A stretch of DNA of 64,000 nucleotides from Oscillospiraceae bacterium. Lineage in GTDB: Bacteria; Bacillota; Clostridia; Oscillospirales; SIG627. Made by a program: the position numbers and the translations under genes. The notes below the pieces were generated by a model. It was given only the letters and a program-made list of their open reading frames with translations. It ran no database searches and was not told the DNA's origin. Location: contig JAYFRN010000004.1 of NCBI GenBank assembly GCA_034925865.1, positions 3,976 through 67,975 of the forward strand, given 5' to 3'. The first letter of the stretch is position 1. Each line of letters opens with the position of its first letter. Shown one piece after another: positions 27,981 to 37,807 of the stretch.

Positions 27981-29095
27981 GCAAGGTTCCTGAATATGGT
28001 AAAAGAAATGTAAATATTGAAATGCTGAGAATTATATCAATGATATTCATTATTCTTGGTCATGCTATGTTATATGGAATTGATGCAGGAAACATTTCAG
28101 GTTCTTTATATTACATATACAGTTTTTTAAGAATAATATCGATACCGTTTTTAAATGTATATGTGATTATAAGCGGGTACTTTCTTGTGAATTCGGGTTT
28201 TAAAATCAAAAAGATTTTTCTGTTTTGGATTCAGACATTCTTTTATTCTCTTGCACTATATTTGTTAATTTCATTATTGACCGGAACCCAAATCTCAATT
28301 AAGACTTTGTTATATTCATCATTACCTATATCTGGCAACAGATATTGGTTTTCTCGAGTGTATTTTGGTATGTATATACTTTCACCGTTTTTTTCTGTTT
28401 TTCTAAAAGCAATGACAAAACGACAATATAAACTGTTTTTGTGGATAATTACTTCTTTGTTTTGTTTATGGAGAATGATTATTCCGTTTGCAACTACATT
28501 AAATTCAGAAGGCGGAAACAGCATAATTTGGTTTTTTACACTTTATGCATATGCTGGATATCTTCGTCTTCATTTCAACCGAAATTTTAACTATAAAAAA
28601 TTATTCTTATTGTTCTGCGCTTCTCAACTAGTTACATATATAGGATATCTTTTCATTAATTTTCTATCAAATAGTATAGGTCTTGCAGGAAAAGGATCAT
28701 CAATTATTACTGAGTATACTTCAATAACCGTATTGGCAAGTTCATTACTTATATTTTTGACTGCATTAAATATGGATCAAATAAAATCCAAAAAGATCCA
28801 AAATGCTATATATTATTTCTCTAACTCAAGTTACTCAGTGTATTTGATTCATGAAAATCCGGATGTCAGGGGATTATTATGGAGCAACACTTTATATATG
28901 CTAAATCCTTATTTAACAATGGGTATATCTTTAATTTTCTCTCCGTTGCTGTATATTCTTTGCATGTTGATTGATAAAATCTCATGGAAACCAATATATA
29001 ATATATTAAATAAAATACAATGGATGCCTGTCCAAAAGAAAATAGATAATATAATGGAAAATCAAGTAAACTTGCAGACATATAAACACGATTAA
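27977..29095 (+). CDS. Acyltransferase family 3 membrane O-acyltransferase
   Basis: IEMLRIISMIFIILGH N-terminus and about 10 TM helices. ATGA overlap with the upstream stop. Confidence 0.75.
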   Translation: MSKVPEYGKRNVNIEMLRIISMIFIILGHAMLYGIDAGNISGSLYYIYSFLRIISIPFLNVYVIISGYFLVNSGFKIKKIFLFWIQTFFYSLALYLLISLLTGTQISIKTLLYSSLPISGNRYWFSRVYFGMYILSPFFSVFLKAMTKRQYKLFLWIITSLFCLWRMIIPFATTLNSEGGNSIIWFFTLYAYAGYLRLHFNRNFNYKKLFLLFCASQLVTYIGYLFINFLSNSIGLAGKGSSIITEYTSITVLASSLLIFLTALNMDQIKSKKIQNAIYYFSNSSYSVYLIHENPDVRGLLWSNTLYMLNPYLTMGISLIFSPLLYILCMLIDKISWKPIYNILNKIQWMPVQKKIDNIMENQVNLQTYKHD

Positions 29096-29122
29096 CCGTT
29101 TAAATGAGGTAAATGTATAATT

Positions 29123-30106
29123 ATGTTGATATCGGTCATAGTTCCCGTATACAAAGTCGAGAAATATCTTCGCAGATGTGTGGATTCAGTAATTAATCAA
29201 ACTTATAGGGATTTAGAAATTATTCTAGTTGACGACGGATCTCCAGACAACTGCGGTGCTATATGCGATGAATATGCCACGCTTGATAAGAGAATAAAAG
29301 TGATACATAAAGAAAACGGGGGCGTTTCGGATGCAAGAAACGCCGGAATTAATGCATCCTCCGGCTTTTTCATTTCATTTATAGATTCTGATGATTATGT
29401 TTCTGATAATTATATATTGAATTTATATAAAGGTATATCAGATAATGACTGCGATATGTGTATATCAGGATGTAGATATATAGATGAAAATCTAAATTTT
29501 ATAAATGCAAGAATCTCGAAAAAGAATATATATAACACTGAAGACTTTATTGACAAATTTGATGATACATCATTATTCGGATATTCATGTTCAAAAATGT
29601 ATGTTTCTTCAATAATTAAAAATCACAATATCGAATTCAATATAAAAATGACTTTACGCGAAGATATGGATTTTAATATTAAATATTTGTCGAATGTTAA
29701 AAAGATTTCTGTTATCAATGATACATCCTATAATTATTTACAGAGAAAAAGCAGCGCACTCAATAATACGGATTGCAGTAATATAGAAAAAAAAATTAAA
29801 TCATGCGAACTTCTATGCGAGACTATAAGAAACAAAAATAATGTTATTAGTAAAAAAGCTGCTTCTGATATAATCACTTGCTTTTTATTTGACATTTCAT
29901 GCGAAATTATTAAAACTACAAATTTAAATATTGCCATAAAATATGAAATGTTATCAAGGATTTATAAGAATGAAGTGTATAAAAATCTAGTCATATATTC
30001 CGTGGATAAGCCATTGTTTATTATAATATATATAATTACGCTTAAGATTAAATGCTACAAATTATTTTATTGCCTTTACCATGTCTATATCAAACATAAT
30101 GTTTGA
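29123..30106 (+). CDS. Glycosyltransferase family 2
   Basis: ISVIVPVYKVEKYL..., DDGSPDN and DSDD motifs. Confidence 0.8.
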   Translation: MLISVIVPVYKVEKYLRRCVDSVINQTYRDLEIILVDDGSPDNCGAICDEYATLDKRIKVIHKENGGVSDARNAGINASSGFFISFIDSDDYVSDNYILNLYKGISDNDCDMCISGCRYIDENLNFINARISKKNIYNTEDFIDKFDDTSLFGYSCSKMYVSSIIKNHNIEFNIKMTLREDMDFNIKYLSNVKKISVINDTSYNYLQRKSSALNNTDCSNIEKKIKSCELLCETIRNKNNVISKKAASDIITCFLFDISCEIIKTTNLNIAIKYEMLSRIYKNEVYKNLVIYSVDKPLFIIIYIITLKIKCYKLFYCLYHVYIKHNV

Positions 30107-30145
30107 TCGTATAAATTAAACTTAGTAGTAAAAGGAGAATGGGTT

Positions 30146-31117
30146 ATGCTAATATCAGTCATTGTTCCTGTATATAAAGTTGAACCATACATACATAGAT
30201 GTGTTGATTCAATTATAAATCAAACCTATAATGATCTTGAAATAATACTAGTTGACGACGGTTCTCCGGACAACTGCGGTGCTATATGCGAAGAATATGC
30301 GAAGCTTGATAAAAGAATTAAAGTGATTCATAAAGAAAACGGCGGTCTTTCATCTGCAAGAAACGCAGGGCTTGATATTGCTCAAGGAGATTATATAGCG
30401 TTTGTCGACAGTGACGATTATATAGAGCTTAATATGTATGAGAATCTATTTAAAAATTCAAATGATTATCATGCCGATATTTCAGTTGGCGGTGTGATTG
30501 ACTGTATTGACAACGGAAAAGAAATAAAAATCGTCAAAACTTCCGATGTAAAAGGTATCAATGTGGAATGCCTCGATAAAGAAGCCGCTATAAAACGGTA
30601 TTTACTCGGTTCATGGTCTTCATGGAATAAAATATACGCAAAAAGCGTATTTGACAATATCAGATTTCCTGTCGGTAAGATAAACGAAGACGAAAATATC
30701 GCGCTGCTGCTTCTTGAAAAATGTCATAGAGTTGTTTATACTACAAAGCCCTTTTATCACTATATACGCCGCGAAAACAGCATAACAACCGTTCCATTTT
30801 CAGAAAAACGCTTTGCATGGTATGATAACTGCAAAAACAATCTCGAATACACAAAGCTTCATCATCCTTCAATCGCCGAAGCCGCCGAAGCAAGGTTTCT
30901 CGATTGTTTACTCTATTATGTTCGTGAGATTACTTTAGCTGAAAATTCAAAGACTTTTGAAACCAGATTGAAACAAGTAATTATAGAAATAACAGAGAAT
31001 AAAAAGTTGTATTCCAAGAATAAATATCTATCATTCAGGTCGAAGTTGACCGCCAAAGCTGTAATTTACGGTTACAGACAATATAAGAATTTAATTTTGA
31101 GAAGGCATGGAAGATGA
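30146..31117 (+). CDS. Glycosyltransferase family 2 (paralogue of 29123..30106)
   Basis: Same N-terminal 90 aa pattern. AAAGGAGA SD. Confidence 0.8.
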   Translation: MLISVIVPVYKVEPYIHRCVDSIINQTYNDLEIILVDDGSPDNCGAICEEYAKLDKRIKVIHKENGGLSSARNAGLDIAQGDYIAFVDSDDYIELNMYENLFKNSNDYHADISVGGVIDCIDNGKEIKIVKTSDVKGINVECLDKEAAIKRYLLGSWSSWNKIYAKSVFDNIRFPVGKINEDENIALLLLEKCHRVVYTTKPFYHYIRRENSITTVPFSEKRFAWYDNCKNNLEYTKLHHPSIAEAAEARFLDCLLYYVREITLAENSKTFETRLKQVIIEITENKKLYSKNKYLSFRSKLTAKAVIYGYRQYKNLILRRHGR

Positions 31118-32019
31118 ACAAGTTTCTTTCAGAAGAATGGCAGGTGTTTTACAGAAAACGTAAGTCTGATATATTAAATGACACCGATAACAGTAAATTC
31201 AATATTATTAGAGGCAATTTTAGGTATTGGTGCGCTGATCCGTTTATTATAGAAGAAAACGGCAAAGCGTTTGTATTTGCCGAAATGTATGATAGATTGA
31301 AGCATAAAGGAGCTATCGGATACTGTATATTATCAGAAAATGGCAATTATTCGCCATGGAAAAAAGTATTGGAATGTCCGTGGCATTTATCATATCCATT
31401 TATATATAAAAGAGGCGGAGACTTTTATATGATTCCCGAATCATATGTATCCGGGAAAGTATCTATTTATAAAGCGGCTGCTTTTCCCGAAAAATGGGAA
31501 GAAATAAAAGTGATAGCTAATTGTCCATGCGTTGATACGACAATTCAAGAAATTAATAATAAGAAATATATATTTACAACAATTTGCGAAAACGAAAAAA
31601 CTGTTATTTCATCATTCAATGATGAAATGTTCGATCCAAACAAGGCGCAGGTTATAAACAATAAATACAATCAGGCACGCTCAGCTGGAAAATTTTTTAC
31701 TCATGATGAAATGTTGATAAGGCCGGCACAGGATTGTACCGGAGAATACGGTAAAGCCATAAATCTTTATATACCGGCTATCTCTAACGGTATTTATTCA
31801 GAAAAACTTCTGAAAAAAATAACAGCAGATCAGATTAATACAAATGAGCGGATAAAAGCGGCAGGTATACATACATATAATTTATCCGAGCATTATGAAG
31901 TTATCGATATAAAACGATATAGTTTTAATTTGGTTTGGTTTATTATTCGTCCCTTTGATTATCTCAAAAGAAGGATAAATAGGTTATTCAATGATAGAAA
32001 TAAAGAAAATAACTCTTGA
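31114..32019 (+). CDS. Hypothetical protein (possible beta-propeller/GH43-like fold)
   Basis: Coding-like ORF with ATGA overlap. The CADPFIIEENGKAFVFAEMY..GAIGY pattern suggests the fold. No family is confidently recognised. Confidence 0.5.
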   Translation: MNKFLSEEWQVFYRKRKSDILNDTDNSKFNIIRGNFRYWCADPFIIEENGKAFVFAEMYDRLKHKGAIGYCILSENGNYSPWKKVLECPWHLSYPFIYKRGGDFYMIPESYVSGKVSIYKAAAFPEKWEEIKVIANCPCVDTTIQEINNKKYIFTTICENEKTVISSFNDEMFDPNKAQVINNKYNQARSAGKFFTHDEMLIRPAQDCTGEYGKAINLYIPAISNGIYSEKLLKKITADQINTNERIKAAGIHTYNLSEHYEVIDIKRYSFNLVWFIIRPFDYLKRRINRLFNDRNKENNS

Positions 32020-32959
32020 AAACGATTTTGATGAGTTGATAGCCTTATTCAATGCCGGTCTCGGTGAAACGACAAAGGAGCATTGGAAATGGAAATGTTT
32101 TTGTGAATCGGGATTCAAGAAGCAGGAAGTATTTACGGCTTATGATACCGAAGCTCACAAAACCATGGGTATGATGTCATTTTTCCCCGAAAGATACAAT
32201 AAAAATGGGAATACTCTTGATGTTGTTCAGATGTGCGATTTGGTTGTAGCTCCTGAGTATAGAGGAAAAGGGATAATGACCAGCCTGTATTCTTTTGCGG
32301 AGAATTATTATAAGTGCATTGATGTATTTATGGGATTTCCAAATGATTGTTCGCATAAAAGATTTTTTAAATACGGATTTATAAATATTTGTGAAATGCA
32401 TATATATAATACTCATTATCATTATTTTACAAAAAAACTAAAAGACGGTTTAGTGGCTCATATTGGCCCTTATTCGCTTACAAAGTATTCCTATGTTCCT
32501 GATTCAATAGAAGCTGTAGATAAAAAATCAAATATTTCGTCAGAATACTGGCGGATAACAAAAAGCCATGCATTATATGAATATAAATATAATAAAAATC
32601 CGGATACAAAGTACATTACATTTGTAATTGCAAAAGACTCTTCGCCCGAGGCATATTTTATCGGTAGCTTAAACAAAGGAAGATTGACGACGGCTTTTAA
32701 TATTTACGATTGGAATATTTCAAATATGCTGGCATCAGATACTGATAACTTAAAGCAAATATTTCTTAAAATGAGACCGATTGCAAACCGTATTTACATA
32801 TGGGGCAACTATAATCAGAAAATATTTAGCATGCTCAACGGTATTGGCTTTGAAAAGCAGCAAGGATCATCTTCAAGAATGATAATGAAAATATTTACTC
32901 CTGGCATAAAAATTGATTCTTCCGAATGGTTTATCACAAGAATTGATACTGATTACTAA
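31991..32959 (+). CDS. GNAT-domain protein with an uncharacterised C-terminal half
   Basis: VVAPEYRGKGIMTSLYSFAE resembles GNAT motif A. 322 aa. Confidence 0.5.
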   Translation: MIEIKKITLENDFDELIALFNAGLGETTKEHWKWKCFCESGFKKQEVFTAYDTEAHKTMGMMSFFPERYNKNGNTLDVVQMCDLVVAPEYRGKGIMTSLYSFAENYYKCIDVFMGFPNDCSHKRFFKYGFINICEMHIYNTHYHYFTKKLKDGLVAHIGPYSLTKYSYVPDSIEAVDKKSNISSEYWRITKSHALYEYKYNKNPDTKYITFVIAKDSSPEAYFIGSLNKGRLTTAFNIYDWNISNMLASDTDNLKQIFLKMRPIANRIYIWGNYNQKIFSMLNGIGFEKQQGSSSRMIMKIFTPGIKIDSSEWFITRIDTDY

Positions 32960-33005
32960 AATTTGAGAAATTATGAAAATACTCTTCACGTAGGAGTTAT
33001 TAGGT

Positions 33006-33773
33006 ATGATACCAAAAACAATTCATTATATATGGTTTGGCAATAAACCGCTTTCACCATTAACGCAGAAGTGTATAAGAAGTTGGCAAAAATATTTACC
33101 GGATTATGAAATTAAATTATGGAATGAGAATAATTTTGATATATCAATGAATAGGTTTTGCAAAGAAGCGTATGAACAAAAAAAATATGCTTTTGTCAGT
33201 GATTATGTGCGTATTTATTTACTCTATTATTATGGAGGAATATATATGGATACTGATGTTGAAGTCGTGAAACCTTTTCCTGATGAGTTTATTAATTGTG
33301 AAGCTTTTTCCGGGTTTGAATCAACAAAAACGATTCCAACAGGAATAATGGCATCGAAAGCATACCATCCGTTTTTTAAAGAATTATTGGCATATTATGA
33401 TAATATTTCTTTTGTCCTCAATGACGGACAACTAAATACAACAACTAATGTAAAAATAATAACTGATATATGTCTGAACCATGGATTTTTACCGAATGGG
33501 AAAAAACAAGTAATAAGTGGTTTTACATTATATCCTCAGACATATTTTTGCCCATTGTCACACGATTCTGCAGAAACATTATTTTCGGATAATACATATA
33601 CAATACATCATTTTAATGGTTCTTGGTGCGATAGAAAGACACAGTTTGTGGGTAATTGGTACAGAAAATATCAACCAAAATATAAAAAAATATATGGAGA
33701 AAATATAGCGCTTATTATTTATAAGTGTTTATATAATTATTTTAGAATTTTAGATAATATAAATCCGAAGTGA
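33006..33773 (+). CDS. Glycosyltransferase family 32-like (Gly_transf_sug type)
   Basis: IPKTIHYIWFG N-terminus and a YGGIYMDTDVE DxD motif. Confidence 0.7.
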   Translation: MIPKTIHYIWFGNKPLSPLTQKCIRSWQKYLPDYEIKLWNENNFDISMNRFCKEAYEQKKYAFVSDYVRIYLLYYYGGIYMDTDVEVVKPFPDEFINCEAFSGFESTKTIPTGIMASKAYHPFFKELLAYYDNISFVLNDGQLNTTTNVKIITDICLNHGFLPNGKKQVISGFTLYPQTYFCPLSHDSAETLFSDNTYTIHHFNGSWCDRKTQFVGNWYRKYQPKYKKIYGENIALIIYKCLYNYFRILDNINPK

Positions 33774-33959
33774 GCAGATCACAGATCCGTTGACGGATAT
33801 ATTGTTGACAATTCCGTTGATGGGATTTATAATGGTTTAGTAAAAGCACTTACCGACAAACAAAAAACCGCGTTGCTTTCACCCGGAAACGTATCCCGCA
33901 TTACCGACAACGAGATTAAATATAAGTATTTTATACAAATAATCGGAGAAAAGAAATGA
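33774..33959 (+). pseudogene. Orphan C-terminal fragment of a GT4 glycosyltransferase
   Basis: A 61-codon frame with no start. Its translation ...VDGYIVDNSVDGIYNGLVKALTDKQK...FIQIIGEKK is colinear with the C-terminus of the GT4 at 26901..27980 (VNGYLVEEENTSELAAHICELIDNPQK...WMKIIGELI). Confidence 0.5.
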
Positions 33960-34804
33960 CGGACGAGTACGGAAATCTTGAATTACATAAGGTGCTGCTT
34001 GCGGCAATGAAGGATATAGATAAAATATGTCGCGAAAACGGGCTGAGATATTATCTTTATGCTGGCACTTTACTTGGCGCGGTTAATTTTAAAGGCTTTA
34101 TCCCCTGGGATGATGATGTTGATATAGTGATGCTCTCAAATGATTATAATAAATTCAAATCCATAATTGAAAGAGATTATGGCGAACGATACAAAATGAT
34201 GACATTTGATAATACTGCAAACTGGTATAGCAAAATGTCAAAATTACAAGTGTTGGGAACTGAAATAATAACGAATAACGGTGAAGCCGCTCCGATTTTC
34301 GTTGACATATCAACACTTCACAACATGCCGGATAATAAGCTCTCAATGTTAATTCAAAGAAAGAAAATTGAATTTTATAATTTGTCTTTGGCTGTTTTAT
34401 CAGGTGCAGTCATTCCTACATCATTAAAATCCAAATTAACTATTGGACAAATGGCAAAGCAGGGTAAAGACAAATTAGGTAAAAAATTAGACACAGCTTT
34501 ATGCAGATACGACAGAAAACGCACAAAATATGTTGGCATAATGTGCAATACAATATGCCCGAATCCTTATACTGGGAAATGCGGATATATAACTGACAGA
34601 ACAGAAATTAATTGGCATGATAATCCGCGTTATGTTGAATTTGAGGATACAAAATTAATGACTATTTCAAATATTGAAGATTATCTTGATTGGCAATACG
34701 GGACTAAATGGAGAGAACCGTATCCCAAAGAAAAACGGATAACAAAACATAATGTTCGGGAGTATCAAATAGATTCAAAAGTACGTGAATGGATTGGAAA
34801 ATAA
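33956..34804 (+). CDS. LicD-family phosphotransferase
   Basis: LRYYLYAGTLLGAVNFKGFIPWDDDVDIVM is a typical LicD nucleotidyltransferase-fold motif. Confidence 0.8.
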   Translation: MTDEYGNLELHKVLLAAMKDIDKICRENGLRYYLYAGTLLGAVNFKGFIPWDDDVDIVMLSNDYNKFKSIIERDYGERYKMMTFDNTANWYSKMSKLQVLGTEIITNNGEAAPIFVDISTLHNMPDNKLSMLIQRKKIEFYNLSLAVLSGAVIPTSLKSKLTIGQMAKQGKDKLGKKLDTALCRYDRKRTKYVGIMCNTICPNPYTGKCGYITDRTEINWHDNPRYVEFEDTKLMTISNIEDYLDWQYGTKWREPYPKEKRITKHNVREYQIDSKVREWIGK

Positions 34805-34816
34805 TTGAGGTAAAAT

Positions 34817-35770
34817 ATGAACGTTATTTATTCCAGTGATAATAATTACGCAAGACATGCCGGCATATCGATAATGTCATTATATGACCACAACAAAGAT
34901 TTTAATGAGGTTAATGTTTTTCTTATTAATGATGGAATCGCTGAGGATAACAAAAACAATTTAAATAATATTGCCTCTTCATATGGCAGGAAAATAACAT
35001 TCATTGACTTTTCTAAGTACAAAGCTAGACTCATTTTGAATAATAAATGGGAATTGCCGATCAGCGCATATGCAAGGCTTTTTATTTCTGAAATGGTGCC
35101 GGAAAGTATTGATAAAATACTGTATCTTGATTGCGATATTATAATAAATGACAGTCTTTCGGATTTATGGAACATAGATATGAAAGGATGTACAATAGCA
35201 GCGGTTGAGGATGTTGCTTCTTGCGTTTTTCAAAGCGAAACTGGTATAGATGAGAAATTTAGATATTTTTGTTCTGGTGTGATTTTAATTGATTTGAAAA
35301 AGTGGCGTGATATAAAAGTTCAGGAAAAGCTTTTAAAATATCTTGACAGTCGTAACGGAATTGTCAGGCATCATGATCAGACTATATTGAATGGTGTGTT
35401 TTGGAATGATTGCTTTATGCTTCATCCGAGGTACGACGCGTTATCACCGACTTTTATAATGTCATATGAAAACTTAAAAGCATATTTCAAATTATGGGAT
35501 AGATATTATACAAAAAAGGAAATTCGCGAATCAATCAAGAATCCGGCAATTATTCATTATACATCTTCAAATATAGGGCGTCCATGGGAGAATAAAGCTC
35601 ATCCGCTTTCATATAAATACAAGTATTATTGGGACAAGTCTCCGTGGAAAGATGCTCCTTGGGGGACATTTAAGCCGACATATGATAAAGTTCAAAGGCG
35701 TACATATTGGCTTTACCAGCATGTACCTGTAAAAATAATCAATTTTGTAGCGAAAAAGAATAAAGGATAA
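34817..35770 (+). CDS. Glycosyltransferase family 8
   Basis: NVIYSSDNNYARHAGISIMS N-terminus, an LYLDCDIII DxD motif, and HYTSSNIGRPWE. Confidence 0.8.
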   Translation: MNVIYSSDNNYARHAGISIMSLYDHNKDFNEVNVFLINDGIAEDNKNNLNNIASSYGRKITFIDFSKYKARLILNNKWELPISAYARLFISEMVPESIDKILYLDCDIIINDSLSDLWNIDMKGCTIAAVEDVASCVFQSETGIDEKFRYFCSGVILIDLKKWRDIKVQEKLLKYLDSRNGIVRHHDQTILNGVFWNDCFMLHPRYDALSPTFIMSYENLKAYFKLWDRYYTKKEIRESIKNPAIIHYTSSNIGRPWENKAHPLSYKYKYYWDKSPWKDAPWGTFKPTYDKVQRRTYWLYQHVPVKIINFVAKKNKG

Positions 35771-35775
35771 TATTT

Positions 35776-36957
35776 ATGGACGAGATAATAAAAAAGAAAA
35801 TTGCGATTGTCTTTTCTTATTTAATTGTTGGGGGAACAGAAGAGTCTCTTATTAATTTTATTAATTCAATAGATAGAAATAGATATGAAATAACTTTATT
35901 CACAAGAAGAATACCAGAAAATTATTTAAAGCGATTGGAAGGTAAAGTGAAAATATGTTATATAACAGGCACAGATATAATTGATTATGATGGAAATATT
36001 ATTAAGGATAATACGATAAAAAAAGTTATCATCAATATAATATTCAAAATAAAACTTCATATAACAAAAAATAATTATAAAAAAAATCTTTTTGCTTATA
36101 AGACTTTACCCAAGTATAGAGAAGCTTTCGATTGTGCTATAGCATATAAAGCGAATTATATTGAACCCCCTATATTATTATCAATTTTAAATACAAAAAA
36201 GAAGATTACATGGGTTCATAGTGAACTTTCTAGTAATATAGTTACAATTAAAGAGTATTCAAACTGTCTAAACAGTTTTGACAAAATATTTTGCGTATCG
36301 CAAAGATTAAAGCAGATACTTATTAAGTATTATCCTCAAACATGTAAAAAATCTGAGGTGTTCTATAATATTCTTGATATTAAAAAAATTACAGATAAAT
36401 CTTCTGAGCGAATAGATGAAAATGACTTGTTTATTGATAATACAATAAACATAGTAACTGTCGGAAGAATTTCTGGAGAAAAAGGGTATGACAGAATACC
36501 GGATGTTATGAAGCAATTAGTTGATAATAATTATAAAATTAAATGGATAATAATCGGTGACGGTCCTGATCGTGAAAGAATCGAAAATTTGATAAAAGAG
36601 CATAATGTAGAAAATAATGTTGTTTTGCTTGGAACTAGGGAAAATCCTTATCCATATATGAGAGCCTGTGATATTTATGTTCAGCCATCATACACTGAAG
36701 GATATTGTACGACAACATACGAAGCAAAAATATTGCATAAGCCTGTTGTTACTACCGATGTTCCTGGAATGCGGGAACAATTCGAAAGCGGTAAAAACGG
36801 TCTTATAGCTGAATCAAGTGTCGACGGATTATATGATGGCATAAAAAAATTAATAGACGAGCCGGAGCTTCGTGAAAAATTCATACATAATCTCGAGAAT
36901 GAATCGATGGATAATTCCGGAGAAATTGAAAAACTCTATAAATTTATTGAGGAATGA
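35776..36957 (+). CDS. Glycosyltransferase family 4
   Basis: C-terminal TEGYCTTTYEAKILHKPVVTTD motif. Confidence 0.8.
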   Translation: MDEIIKKKIAIVFSYLIVGGTEESLINFINSIDRNRYEITLFTRRIPENYLKRLEGKVKICYITGTDIIDYDGNIIKDNTIKKVIINIIFKIKLHITKNNYKKNLFAYKTLPKYREAFDCAIAYKANYIEPPILLSILNTKKKITWVHSELSSNIVTIKEYSNCLNSFDKIFCVSQRLKQILIKYYPQTCKKSEVFYNILDIKKITDKSSERIDENDLFIDNTINIVTVGRISGEKGYDRIPDVMKQLVDNNYKIKWIIIGDGPDRERIENLIKEHNVENNVVLLGTRENPYPYMRACDIYVQPSYTEGYCTTTYEAKILHKPVVTTDVPGMREQFESGKNGLIAESSVDGLYDGIKKLIDEPELREKFIHNLENESMDNSGEIEKLYKFIEE

Positions 36958-36959
36958 TA

Positions 36960-37805
36960 ATGCCTGACACACAACTCACTGTCATAAAGCCCAAATCAGG
37001 TTGGTTTGAAATAAACTTTAGAGAGCTTTTCAAATACCGCGATCTGATCAGCCTATTCGTGAAGCGAACCTTCACATCGCAATATAAACAGACAATTCTC
37101 GGTCCTGCATGGGCGATAATACAGCCGCTTTTAACTACGGTCATATTTACGATAATTTTCGGCAATATCGCAAAGCTGCCGACAGACGGTGTTCCGCCGT
37201 TTCTTTTTTATATGTGCGCAAATGTCCCGTGGACATATTTTTCAAATTGTATCACACAGACCTCGAATACCTTTGTTTCCAACGCTTACATATTCGGAAA
37301 AGTGTATTTTCCGAGATTGATCATACCGATATCAAATGTGATTACCGGTCTTATTTCATACGCTATACAGTTTGTGTTCTTCCTTTGCTTTCTTGCGTAT
37401 TATTTGCTGACACCGGGTTGTTCGGTGCATATAACAGCATATGCGCTTATGATGCCGCTGTTTGTTATTCAAATGTCACTTTTAAGCCTCGGCTTCGGAA
37501 TAATCGTTTCATCATTGACAACAAAATACAGGGATCTTACAATGCTCGTCGGCTTCGGTGTTCAGTTATGGATGTACGCCACGCCGATAGCTTATCCTTC
37601 CTCGATAATCCCCGAAAAGTGGATGGCTCTTTATATGCTCAATCCCATGTCACCTATAATAGAATATTTCCGATATGCGTTTCTCGGCTGCGGCAGTATT
37701 GACTGGAAATATATAGGGATCAGCGCTGCGATGACACTTGTTATTCTCGCGATAGGTGTTATACTGTTCAGTAAAGTAGAAAAAACATTTATGGATACGG
37801 TTTAA
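36960..37805 (+). CDS. ABC-2 type polysaccharide/teichoic-acid export permease (Wzm/TagG-like)
   Basis: FKYRDLISLFVKRTFTSQYKQTILGPAWAIIQP signature and 6 TM helices. Start taken at the ATG 3 nt after GAGGAATGA (either 36954 or 36960 is possible). Confidence 0.8.
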   Translation: MPDTQLTVIKPKSGWFEINFRELFKYRDLISLFVKRTFTSQYKQTILGPAWAIIQPLLTTVIFTIIFGNIAKLPTDGVPPFLFYMCANVPWTYFSNCITQTSNTFVSNAYIFGKVYFPRLIIPISNVITGLISYAIQFVFFLCFLAYYLLTPGCSVHITAYALMMPLFVIQMSLLSLGFGIIVSSLTTKYRDLTMLVGFGVQLWMYATPIAYPSSIIPEKWMALYMLNPMSPIIEYFRYAFLGCGSIDWKYIGISAAMTLVILAIGVILFSKVEKTFMDTV

Positions 37806-37807
37806 AA

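Noticed and set aside
37109-37702. 197-aa plus-strand ORF in an alternative frame
   Set aside because: It lies wholly inside the ABC-2 permease gene, whose frame carries the family signature. The alternative frame is Cys/Arg-rich with no motif.
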